A stretch of DNA of 61,789 bases from the NCBI RefSeq assembly GCF_001194135.2, contig NC_068987.1, forward strand, positions 6,559,299 to 6,621,087. Reading direction: 5' to 3'. This stretch comes from Octopus bimaculoides. Its lineage: Eukaryota. The translations under genes were made by a program, and so were the position numbers. Positions 50,606 through 61,789 of this stretch are shown here, piece by piece (the first letter of the stretch is position 1; each line of letters opens with the position of its first letter). Under the pieces are notes generated by a model, which searched no databases, was not told where the DNA came from, and saw only the letters and a list, made by a program, of their open reading frames with translations.

Positions 50606-53509
50606 TATACACATATACAGTCACATACACCCACATGCATATATATGTGTGCGTATGTGTGTGTGTGGTTGTGTGTGTTGGCCCAAGTGTATTATTTACC
50701 TTCACATGTCTTTTTATCTGTAATTGTCAACTTCCATCTGCTCAAATGAAGCATGAATTATTTTAATCTCAGTGATTCTTTGGGAGCCTGTAAAGGAAAT
50801 GGTCACAGACACTTCCTCCAGACAAATCCAAAAATAAAAATGAAAAACTGAACCTCATAAAATTGATTTGTTTGTGTTTTAAAACGTGTTATTGTATTTT
50901 AAGCTATGAATACTAAAAGTGATTCAAATTGAATCTAACGCTTTTATAGTTATGTTCAAATTCTGTTATATTTTGAATCTAGTCCTTCATTTTTCTTATG
51001 CTAATAAAATATGTACTAATGGACTATCATTTCTCTTATCACGAAACTGGCTTTTGTGCTAGCCAGAAAAAAAAATATTATTGCTATTTATTTTCTCTGT
51101 ATCAATCTGCTTGTTCTGATCCTCTCCATTGCTATTTTATTTTCTTCTTTTTCTTCATTTATCTCCCTTTACACCTTTTCCTTCTCTGTTGTCTTGTCTC
51201 CTTGAAAATCTTGAATATGAAACAGAGAGAGATAGACAAGTAAAGAAGAACCCCCCCCCCAAAAAAAAAACCAGTGAAGCTCTTCTCATCCTTTTTCTTC
51301 ACTTCTCTTTCTTTATTTTCTGATTAGCCCAATCTTTCACTCTCTTCCTACTACAGATGGGTGAGTGTGTTAAAATGACATATCTTTCAAAGAACACAGT
51401 TCAAGGTTCAACTCCTGAGTGACACTGCCTTCTTTTTATATTACTAGTATTCTTAAGAAGGGTTTGAGACATTTAGGCACAGCTGTTTTGATCCAATTTA
51501 TTTGGAGCCACAGATTCAATGCTGACTTATTTGACACTGTCACTCTGTTTATGTGTGTAAGAATATTTCTATGAATTGTGTTTGAGGAGAGGGTAAGTTT
51601 ATGCTAATCATGTTCAATTAGTAAACTGTAATCTCTCTCTCCCCCTCTGTTTGTGTGTGTGAGTATCTAGTTATGTTTGTGTAATTTCACTCTTCCTTCC
51701 CTCTTTACATATATGAGTATATTTCTCTTTATGTATGTGAGGAGATGGAAATGTTTATATCATTTGTGTTCAGTTAATAAATAGTAGTGTCTCTCTTTCT
51801 GTCTTTCCCTTCTCTTTCTTTATCTCTCTCTCTCTTTCTCTATTTCTCTCTATGTCTATGAGGAAAGAGAAAGTATTTACGTCACTCATATTCACTATTC
51901 TCCCTCTCTCCCTCTTTCTGTGTTTGTGTGTGTAAACCTATTCAACTTTATGTTTATGAGAAAGAGAAAGTGGTTGTGTCAACCTTGTTCAATTAATAAA
52001 TTGTAATGTCTCTCCCCCCTCTCTCTGTATCTCTATCTCTCTCTACGTATCTCTCTCTCTTTCTCTCTGCTTGTCTGTCTCTCACTCTCTCTATGTCTCT
52101 CTGTCTCTGTCTCTCTGTATTCATGATTTTCTGTGCAGGAGTATACATGTGCATGTTTCCTTCCAGTGCCAAAAAAAGTAGTCACCAAAAACAGCTCCAA
52201 TATCCAGACAGTCACGCTAAATCCCCAGCATCCAACAGCATCGAAACAGCTGTAGCCATTCATCTAATTTTATCTTAAGAAAAACCTGTGCATTACGATA
52301 CCAATATACCATTCCAGTCTTATTAGTTTGCATATCTATGTCGGTAATTTATATTTATTTAAACTTGTGCAGTGAAAAGATCCTCATGACAATTTTATAA
52401 TCCCGGTTTCAATTTCTTATCAGAAGCACTTCATTTGCCTATTTAAATTAAATCTTCCATGGCTGATGATTTTGAGAAAAAGCCATCATTGATATTAACT
52501 TCTCATTTCTTTCCTTCCATAGCTTACACTAGAAGAGCATAAGCAAACATCTTCACAATATCAATAGGTAAAAATTGCAGGCTAGTAATTGTGAGTTTAA
52601 GGTGCTGTACTATTGCCCATATATATGGTCATTAGTTACACACACACAGACACACATGCACGCACACACAAACACACACACACACACATGCACGCACACA
52701 CAAACACACACACACACATGCATAAATGTCAGATGATTAGAATGAATGCTCAACACCGCATTGGTGAATAAAATTTATTTATTTGTTTATTAAGGCTACC
52801 ATTGGTTTCATGCTGAGAAAAATATCTTAATAGCTTAACAATAATTATCTTAACATATATATACATGTGTGTACGTGTATGTGTGTACCATTGAGTTTAT
52901 GCTCTTGTACAACATGTGATAACTTTGCTTGCATCAATCTGCAATAATGAGAGACAATATAAATACAATATAAATACAATATAAATAAACAAATTTGCCC
53001 CTTCCCTGCCAAAATATAAATAAATAAAAAAAAAAGTATAAAATATAAATAAACAAGCAAAAAGGCATCATATTATCCCATCCAGGCTTGCCTGGAAAAG
53101 TGTATCAACGTAAAAATTATGTAAATCAGTAAAAACGAAAGTAAACGATGGAAACAATGCGTAAATATATAAATGGAAACTACATTTTTTTTCATTTCAA
53201 TGATTTCTTTTTTTTCTGTGTGTACATGCAGAAAAATATAGACAGAAAAGAACAAAAGTCAGTACAATCAATGTATTTTCTATTGAATACTGTTTATTCC
53301 TGTTTATTTTATTTTTTACTTGTATAATGGTGGATTTCACATTAGTTAGGTATCTTTCAATATATATAGAGACTTGGTGCGATGTATTTTTACTTGTAGG
53401 CGTGTGTTTTTTGTCACCACCCCATATGTACATGCACTGATACACACACACAAATATGTGTGCGTGTATATATATGGCTATATGTATGTATATATCTATA
53501 TCTATATCT

Positions 53510-53558
<49 letters not shown>

Positions 53559-54324
53559 AAGATATATACATATATATATGTAAATATAAATATATATACA
53601 TATGTAAAGAGAAATGAACAACCAATCGTAGATGTAGGGAATATATTGACATCAGTTGCTACATAATTTTATATGAAATAATCAAGTCTTTACAGCTGTT
53701 TTGATGTATCCTGTGAATTGTGGATGTTTTTATGCATATTATGCATATTATGCTATTACATATAGACCTTACATGACAAAAATGATCAAAAACCAAATAA
53801 GCAAACACAATATCAATATTCATGATGATATGTAAGTACCTTCATATATCACGGCAACTATCTACATTAGCATCCTCATACTCACTATATATCTATAAAT
53901 GTATACATGCATATATACATACATACATACATACATACATACATCCATACATCCATCCATACATACATACATAATTACATACATATATGTAAAACCACTG
54001 GACACATCATAAACCATTCCAGTGCTGGTGTGTGTGATTTTGAAATCCATGACACTGGTTATATTTGCTGTGAAGTTAATTATCTCCCCTGTGCTTCTAT
54101 TTGTCTTTTTCTTAATGCGAGCATTCATTCAAATGTCTATTGTATTGAATGCAGTTACCGAATCATCTTGTTTTCAACCGCTTGATAAATGGGGACACAA
54201 ATTCATATTTAAGCCAGAAAACCCCCGGTAACTGTATTTCACAAAGTTTGTGGTTTTTATATAGACATATACATATACATATATATATATATATTATACA
54301 CACATATGTCACTCTGTTTGCATG

Positions 54325-54372
<48 letters not shown>

Positions 54373-55044
54373 TATGCATGTATGTATGTATATATATTAT
54401 TGTATACCATCTCAGATATTTCTTTTACATAATATTCTGTAAAATAGTTATTCTCATGCTTGAAATTAACTAATGTCATAGGAATTGAATTACCTGCTTG
54501 TTTTGTTTATATCAAATACGACAATTTATATGATTCCATTTCATCCGAGACCAAACTTAATCAAACAATTATTTTTCTGTTTCTTTTGTCTACTTTCTAA
54601 AACAGACCAATTTATCAATTTTTAGAATACCTTTTTCTTATCAAAGCCAAATATTTTTCCTTGTTATTTTTAGACAATTCTCTTAGACAATTCTTTCATT
54701 AATATTATTATCATTAATAAGTGTCAAGCTGGCAGAAGAGTTAGCTAACTGAACGAAATGCTTAGTCGATAAAATAAATACCAGCTGAGCGCTTGGGGTT
54801 GATTTACCCCTTCCCAGAACTTGCTGGCTTGGTGCCTAAAGTTGATATCAATACTATTATCATTAATATTTAAAAATTTCAAATTCAGTAATCCTATTCT
54901 ATTAAGTTATGCTTTCACTGCATAGATGAGCACAGCTAAGTGTGCCTTGAGCATGTGCAGTGGCTGCAGTGTTATTTTCATGTTTTTGCTTACATATTGA
55001 CAATGTTCTGTGTGCAGTTCCTAGAAGTGCTATTGTTTCAGAGT

Positions 55045-55116
55045 ACCGACGCTGATGAAGGCAATAAGTAATGTTTTTTTATTACTTTAAGCCTGAAACA
55101 TGATCCTGTATGCGGT
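55045..55116 (+). ncRNA. hammerhead ribozyme with long stem II and defective stem III
   Basis: accgacg CUGAUGA aggc...aaguaau/auuacuu...gccu GAAA CAUG(a) U C cuguaugcggu. Confidence 0.6.
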
Positions 55117-55337
55117 TAACTGGAGTTTTGTTTCATTTTTCTTTCTTTTGCTAGCCTTTTATGTTGTGTGTTTCTCTCGGAAAACTTATGGTGGTAATAG
55201 TGTCTCTTGACGTCTATTTTTCAGTGTGTGGTGAGGCACAAGCCAAGCCCTTGTTATAATTATTTATAAAATGTACCTATGAGCTTTTATTTCCACGCTG
55301 ACCACTTGGTATAACTCATTAATGATTTTTACCTTTT

Positions 55338-55372
<35 letters not shown>

Positions 55373-55611
55373 TTATTATTATTATTATTATTATTAAGGT
55401 GGTAAGCTAGCAGATTTATTAGCACACCTGGAAAAATGATTAGCAGATTTTCCATCTGTCTTTACATTCTGAGTTCAAATTCTACCAAGGTCAACTTTGT
55501 CTTTCATTCTTTTGGGGTCGATAAATGAAGTACCAGTGAAACACTGGGGGTTGATGTAATCGACTAGTCCCCGCTGCTAAAATTTCAGACCTTTTGTTTA
55601 TAGTAAAAAAG

Positions 55612-55661
<50 letters not shown>

Positions 55662-56375
55662 GAATAATCATAATGCAATAAATGGAAAATTTAATTAGCT
55701 GTATCACAAAGCTCATCCCTCATTGTGTTTTGTCTGTGTATAAAATTTTCTAAGTTTATATAATCTTTTGCATGCATGTATGTGAGCATACATGCATGTG
55801 TATAAATAGGTACATGTATGTAATCTTGTGTGTGACATAAGTAGCAGAAAAATCTTGGTGGTGAACCAAGTCTGTGTTTTATTTCAATTGCTGGTTGGGA
55901 TTGCTTCACTTAGCGCTTTTCAAAAACACATGAATGCCACAACATCCTATTTCTCCACTTGTAAAACAAAACTGATTTCACAACTATATAAGAAACAATC
56001 ATTATTATTGTTATTATTATTATAGTTATTATTTATCATTATTATTTATATTATGATTATTATTAAACCTTTTCTTAATAATTTGCTGTTTTTCTATCAC
56101 TTTTTTCTTAAAATATGTATTTTTTTTTTTAAAATTAACAGCTCAGTTCGTTTTGCTTAAAAAAATTTTCTTCCAGTTTTCAACCATTTAATATTGACAT
56201 TTTAGTAACAAACACAAGCTCTGATTGTTGACTTTTCTATTTCTCATATCTTTTTAATCTTCCTTTTCATTCTGTCATATTACCCTTCTTTGCTAGCTCA
56301 ATCTGATAAACATACATCTCACTTTTACATCAAAATTCTCCCTTCAAACTATTCACACCTCTTTACAGGTTAGAC

Positions 56376-56584
56376 CTAACCCTTTAGCATTCAGATTACT
56401 TTGTCAAATGTTGTTTTGAATTAATCATGCATTATCTCATAGCTTCAAGATGTCAATGATGTGATTATTTATTTTTTAGAATGACATTGTAGAGTAGGTG
56501 TGCGAGGCCAGATCTGGCTGGCTGGAACATTAAACATGTTGAGTAATTCAGCCACATATGGCTAGTTTAGATGCTAAAGCTTAA
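56376..56584. mobile_element. TTAA-type MITE copy
   Basis: ctaaccctttagcatt...gatgctaaagcttaa; internal sequence matches 41841-42072. Confidence 0.65.
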
Positions 56585-56765
56585 AGCAATCTAGCAGTAT
56601 ATTACAAAACATCTTAGCTACGACAGAAAGACATTACTGTACACAGAGTAAGTCAGACGACCCCTTCCTCAGTTTCCAAATTGATATTACAACAGCAATA
56701 TACTTAGAAATATTGCAGATAAACTATTTGTATAAAATAGTGCTTAATATTAGAGGCTTCAAGAG

Positions 56766-57241
56766 AATTAACATAGTGTTGGGATTCACATAGTGTTGGG
56801 ATTAACATAGTGTGGAGATTAACATAGTGTTGGGATTAACATAGTGTGGGGATTAACATAGTGTTGGGCTTAACATAGTGTTGGGATTAACATAGTGTGG
56901 AGATTAACATAGTGTGGAGATTAACATAGTGTGGGAATTAACATAGTGTGGAGATTAACATAGTGTTGGGATTAACATAGTGTTGGGATTAACATAGTGT
57001 TGGGATTAACATAGTGTGGAGATTAACATAGTGTGGAGATTAACATAGTGTGGGGATTAACATAGTGTTGGGATTAACATAGTGTTGGGATTAACATAGT
57101 GTTGGGATTAACATAGTGTGGTGATTAACATAGTGTTGGGATTAACATAGTGTGGGGATTAACATAGTGTTGGGATTAACATAGTGTTGGGATTAACATA
57201 GTGTTGGGATTAACATAGTGTGGGGATTAACATAGAGTGGC
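56766..57241 (+). repeat. 17-bp minisatellite, 28 units
   Basis: Unit gattaacatagtgt(tgg/gga/ggg/ggt); 28 x 17 = 476 nt. Confidence 0.97.
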
Positions 57242-57510
57242 GATTCAAAATGATATGATCACTGCCCTTCTCCCATGAACGAAATAAGGATTTCTGATAT
57301 ATAGTCACACATTTTGGTGAGAGAATTGACTGAACCAGTTCCAATACGAGAATGATGGAGCCTCAGGAAGTGGAAAGTTAAAGTAAGCCTCAGTAGAATT
57401 TGTATTGAGAATTGTATTGAGGGTTTTGCAAAACACTGCGATTCTTCCACATAGAAACTTTCCTATGGTTGAGTAAGAAAGAAAAGAAATTATCAAGTAA
57501 GGTGTATGTA

Positions 57511-57548
<38 letters not shown>

Positions 57549-57851
57549 CTTGCATGCATGTACGAATGTATGCGTGTATGCATATTTCTATGTCTGGTTG
57601 AAGGTATGTATAAATGTAAGCATGTGTATGAAAACATGTATATACATATGTATGTATGTATGTATGTATGTATGTGTGTGTGTGTGTGTGTATGTATATA
57701 TATATATATATATATAATATATATATATGTATATATATTTATATATGCATGTGTATATTTGTGTGTGTGTGTGTGTGTGAGGGAGAGAGAGAGAGCGAGA
57801 GAGAGAGCGAGAGAGAGAGAGAGAAAGAGAGATAGAGATAGATAGATAGAG

Positions 57852-57916
<65 letters not shown>

Positions 57917-58404
57917 TGACAGTTGCTATGAGTGGGTTGAACTCGTCATATTCCATAATCGAAGTTGAGTGGCATAAATTCCTTCAGTGAGCTGGCTTTA
58001 GCTGTGTCACGACTATTGATTAGCTAGTAGGTGCACCGTCTATATATAACCAAGATCTCTCAAAGAAGAGGCGTCAAAGACGAAATCGTTAATGAGATTT
58101 CAATTGCTAATAACAGCTGGGATTCTAATGAGTTAAGCATTTGTAATTCTATTGCTTTTTACTTGTCAGCCAGCTACGTATTTAAGACGAGTTCTTGATG
58201 CATTTACCAAAGATTTGAATGGGTAGCTGCTTGCTGACACCATCATTCTTTGACAGAAGCCTGTTTATCGTTATTTATATATCAGAACACAATGATTTCG
58301 GGTTCAATTCCCAGGCAATGAGTTTGTTTTTGAAACTCTGCCAATATTTCCGACTTTGTTTTCTTTTTTACATTCTTGATAACTCAAAGTCTGAAATGAC
58401 AAAA

Positions 58405-58599
58405 ATGATTTCAAATTTTGGCACATAGCCAGCAAGTTCAGTGGGGGAGGTGGGGGATAGTCGATTACATCGACCCCAGTACTCAACTGGTACTTATTTT
58501 ATCGATCTCGGTGGAATTTAGACAGAACATTAAGAGGAACAAAAAACAAACCGCAAAGCATTTTGTCCGGCGGGCAAATGATTCTGCCAGCTAGCCGCC
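58405..58599 (-). mobile_element. SINE family A (reverse orientation)
   Basis: Ends ...attctgccagctagccgcc, the reverse complement of the family A head. Confidence 0.75.
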
Positions 58600-58831
58600 T
58601 GATTGGAAATGATAAATTGAAAATCGCGTTGTAGCGCATCGATAATCTTGGTATAAGCGAGGTTTGAGCCGTGGTAGTGGTGTTAATGCTGGTGGTTTAT
58701 TGATGGTTGTGGTAGTGTTGGTCAGGAGTTCGAAATCTGTGGTCTAATTTTCGATTGAGACATGAAATGAAAGATAATGAATTATGTAGATTTGTATTAG
58801 ATATTTTTCTTTCTCTCTTTCAGTGTGCAAA

Positions 58832-58895
<64 letters not shown>

Positions 58896-59059
58896 ATAAA
58901 CGTTGTAAATGCATAACTATGTGAAAATATGTCTGTATGTGAATTGTTAACATAACCTGCAAAGGAACTCACGTATGTACAATATTACTGAAATAAAGTA
59001 AACTTTTGATAAATTTACAACGAGACTAAAAAGCGATGAATATTTATTGTTGAAATTAA

Positions 59060-59270
59060 GGCGGCGAGCTGGTAGAAACGGTAGCGCGCTGGGCGAAATG
59101 CTTAGCGGTATTTCGTCTGTCTTTATGTTCTGAGTTCAAATTCCGCCGAGGTCGACTTTGCCTTTCATCCTTTCGGGGTCGATAAATTAAGTACCAGTTG
59201 CGTACTGGGGTCGATCTAATCGACTGCACTTCTCCAAAATTTCGGGCCTTGTGCTTAGAGAAGAAAAGAA
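59060..59270 (+). mobile_element. SINE family A, apparently full length with TSD-like flanks
   Basis: ggcggcgagctgg...ttctgagttcaaattcc...; ttattgtt(g/t)aaatt at 59044-59057 and 59271-59284. Older copies at about 6190-6275, 22253-22470, 24044-24160, 24314-24520, 26715-26870, 27975-28160, 34488-34665 (-), 44215-44370, 54724-54850, 55397-55615. Confidence 0.82.
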
Positions 59271-59816
59271 TTATTGTTTAAATTGGAGAAAAAAAAAAAA
59301 AAAATCATGAGCACGCTGCGCGGCACCTTGAGCAAGTATCTTCTTCTATAACCTTGTAAATGGAACGTTAAAGAAGCCTGCTGAACATATCCATTTGTTG
59401 ACTGAAATCGCGTGGTATGAGAATTTCGGCTCCCCTTAAAGAAATCATCTGCTGCGACCCATCTCTATGCTTTTATGCGCCAAGCGCTTATATGACAGGG
59501 TCTTTCAAAGTCAATAACGTTGCATTTGGTGTTCTGACAAGGCAGCGATGTTAAGTTGGATATATATATATATATATATAAGCTTTCATCAACAGCCGAT
59601 GATTATCTCACATTGAGGTCGGGCAACTACTCAGAAACCACGGTCTGTGAGTATCACGTATGCCTTGAGATGAGAGCGATGACCTCCCTTGCAAACACTA
59701 TTCGGACACAAAGAGTGTGTCAGTAGCCAGCTGGAAAAGATGTTTTCCTGTGGCTTAAACAACAGTAACATCGTCCTTCTTAGGATTGCCACATTCTGTT
59801 GGCAAATAAACTTTAC

Positions 59817-59918
<102 letters not shown>

Positions 59919-60207
59919 CATTTTGTATATGTGTGCATCTTTGTGTTTGTGCTGGTTTGTTTACATCTTCTGAATATAGCGGTTTGGTAAAAGAAATTGA
60001 TAAAATTAGTGCTATGCTTGAAAAAAAATAATCCCTTGGGACAGTCACTTCGAGCAAAACTGCCAAGGTGGTGCCCCAGCATGGCCCCAGTCCAATGACT
60101 TAAATTAAATGACAAAAGAATAAAAGATAAAAGAACGTTGATGACTGGACAAAAAAAAAAAATACCGCTTTCATGCATGTGTTTAAAAAGTCTCAGGCAA
60201 AATTCGC

Positions 60208-60417
60208 AGAGTTGCCTCCCTTACATAAAATGCGTATTATATTCAAATTGTTCACAAAGAAGCAGAAGGTCGCTGAATTTCCGTAGAAGTAGATGTTATG
60301 AATAATTTATTAAGCACGAAATATTACGAATAAACTTATCAGAAACATAACAGAATTCATCGATTAATTATTAATATAAAACCGTATTAACCCAAATTAT
60401 GTAAGGGAGCTAACTCT
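60208..60417. mobile_element. short element with 21-bp inverted termini
   Basis: agagttgcctcccttacataa / ttatgtaagggagctaactct, 19/21 complementary. Confidence 0.5.
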
Positions 60418-60869
60418 ACGAGACTAATTTCTTTAATATCGGATAAAATACCTCGCAGTGTTACTTGCTTTGACTGCGCACTGAGTTTGAGATATCTAGT
60501 AATGATAATAATAATAATTTTACCTCTCAGCCTTTCTGGGGTCTGTTTAAAAGTGCTAATCCAAAGCAATGGATTGGCAGTGGTATTATTAGAGCGTCCG
60601 ACTTTGCCGTACGTATTATGGNNNNNNNNNNNNNNNNNNNNNNNNNNNNNNNNNNNNNNNNNNNNNNNNNNNNNNNNNNNNNNNNNNNNNNNNNNNNNNN
60701 NNNNNNNNNNNNNNNNNNNNNCAAAAGGCTTGTTGGTAGATTTTGTGTGTGTGTGTGTGTGTGAACAAGATAGAATAAGTACCAGAATAAGTTCAAGAGT
60801 CGATTCTTTCGACTAAAAATACTTCAAGGCGGTGCCCCAGCATGGCCGCAGTCTAATGACTGAAACAAA

Positions 60870-61480
60870 TGAGACAAAACGAAAGCAAAATACATATGCG
60901 GTCAGATGATGTAGCACAAAGCCAAATAGAGGTGGGAAGCGCTGAAATCGAGGAAGTAAAGGAGTACATCGGTTTAGAGCACACAGGGAATATGTGCCAA
61001 GATATGAAGACTGAAATCTGAACGAGAATAAGGGCAGGACGGAAGGGATTTATCTCAATAAAGGATGTGCTCGAAACATGGTGCAATCTTCTGCCTAGCC
61101 AGCTCCTATCAAATCGTCCAATCCATGCCAGCATGGAAAGAGGACGTTACATGATGATGCTGTATGTGTGTGTCTGACTGTTCAATAGCACCATCCCACC
61201 AGCGATATTATGCGCAAGTGAGACAAGGATTACTACAAAGAGGATAGAACATGGATTGGCGACGTCGTTAGAAAAACCATTAAGAGTGCGTATTCGAAAT
61301 GGATTAATTCGAGAACGGAGCGGCGTGAACGACGAGATCGCGGAACACCGAAAGCACATGTTCCGATGTCGCAAGGCTCACAGACAACAGGTGGACCTGC
61401 GCAATTGCTGAGTGGTATTTAAGAGGTCGGAAAAGGCCGCTCGAAAGTCATGCACAACGATTCGAAGACAATTTAGGTAA
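60870..61480 (+). mobile_element. decayed RTE-clade LINE (second family), interrupted by a SINE tail
   Basis: EIEEVKEYIGL...TEI*TRIRAGRKGFISIKDVL / LFNSTIPPAILCASET / TDNRWTCAIAEWYLRGRKRP; SINE 3' fragment inserted at about 61078-61173. Confidence 0.8.
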
Positions 61481-61746
61481 GCGATTTGGATCATGATGTG
61501 TGTGTGTGTGTGGGGGAATGGTGCAATTAAGACAGAATTGGAAAGACATTGTGACCAGCGGTGTACAATAGAATCTGATGAGATACAGTGATATACAGTG
61601 TGATCCAGTTTGACAGTTTGTATGAAAAGAAAAGAAAACACAATATGCCTTCTTAAAATAAGAGTATTTTAAAAATCCCCAAAATATCAACTAGATTAAG
61701 TCGTCAAATTTAGCCTGAAGATACATACATACATACATACATACAT

Positions 61747-61786
<40 letters not shown>

Positions 61787-61789
61787 ATA

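Noticed and set aside
52750-54230. Possible minus-strand exons (acceptor near 53096, 22-nt exon near 53850, ORF 53862-54128)
   Set aside because: No consistent multi-exon ORF or recognisable protein; stops occur in candidate joins
56766-57241. CRISPR-like regular array
   Set aside because: Head-to-tail 17-bp units without unique spacers, no cas genes, eukaryotic context

Overview
AT-rich eukaryotic genomic DNA dense in microsatellites, SINEs and scaffold gaps. The repeat content resembles an octopus (coleoid cephalopod) assembly; this is inferred from recalled SINE sequences, not from a search. One protein-coding gene is well supported: a + strand SLC6 (NSS) Na+/Cl- neurotransmitter transporter, GlyT2/SLC6A5-like. 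It has 14 visible coding exons (2374-16937), all GT-AG and phase-compatible, totalling 1884 nt (627 aa plus stop); the start-codon exon is not visible. The rest is intron or intergenic sequence with several SINE families, decayed RTE LINEs, two R4/Dong-type 3' ends sitting in (TAA)n, a hAT transposase remnant, TTAA-flanked MITEs and three minisatellites. The main observation is at least 14 minimal type I hammerhead-ribozyme motifs (CUGANGA...GAAA...UH) with several different stem sequences. Many have palindromic stem III and several are embedded in long fold-backs. Inside and just upstream of the transporter gene, the best-formed copies are antisense and the sense copies are crippled. Near-identical inverted SINE pairs also bracket in-frame exon blocks, making these candidate ADAR or circRNA substrates. 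All folds were done by eye and no databases were searched.
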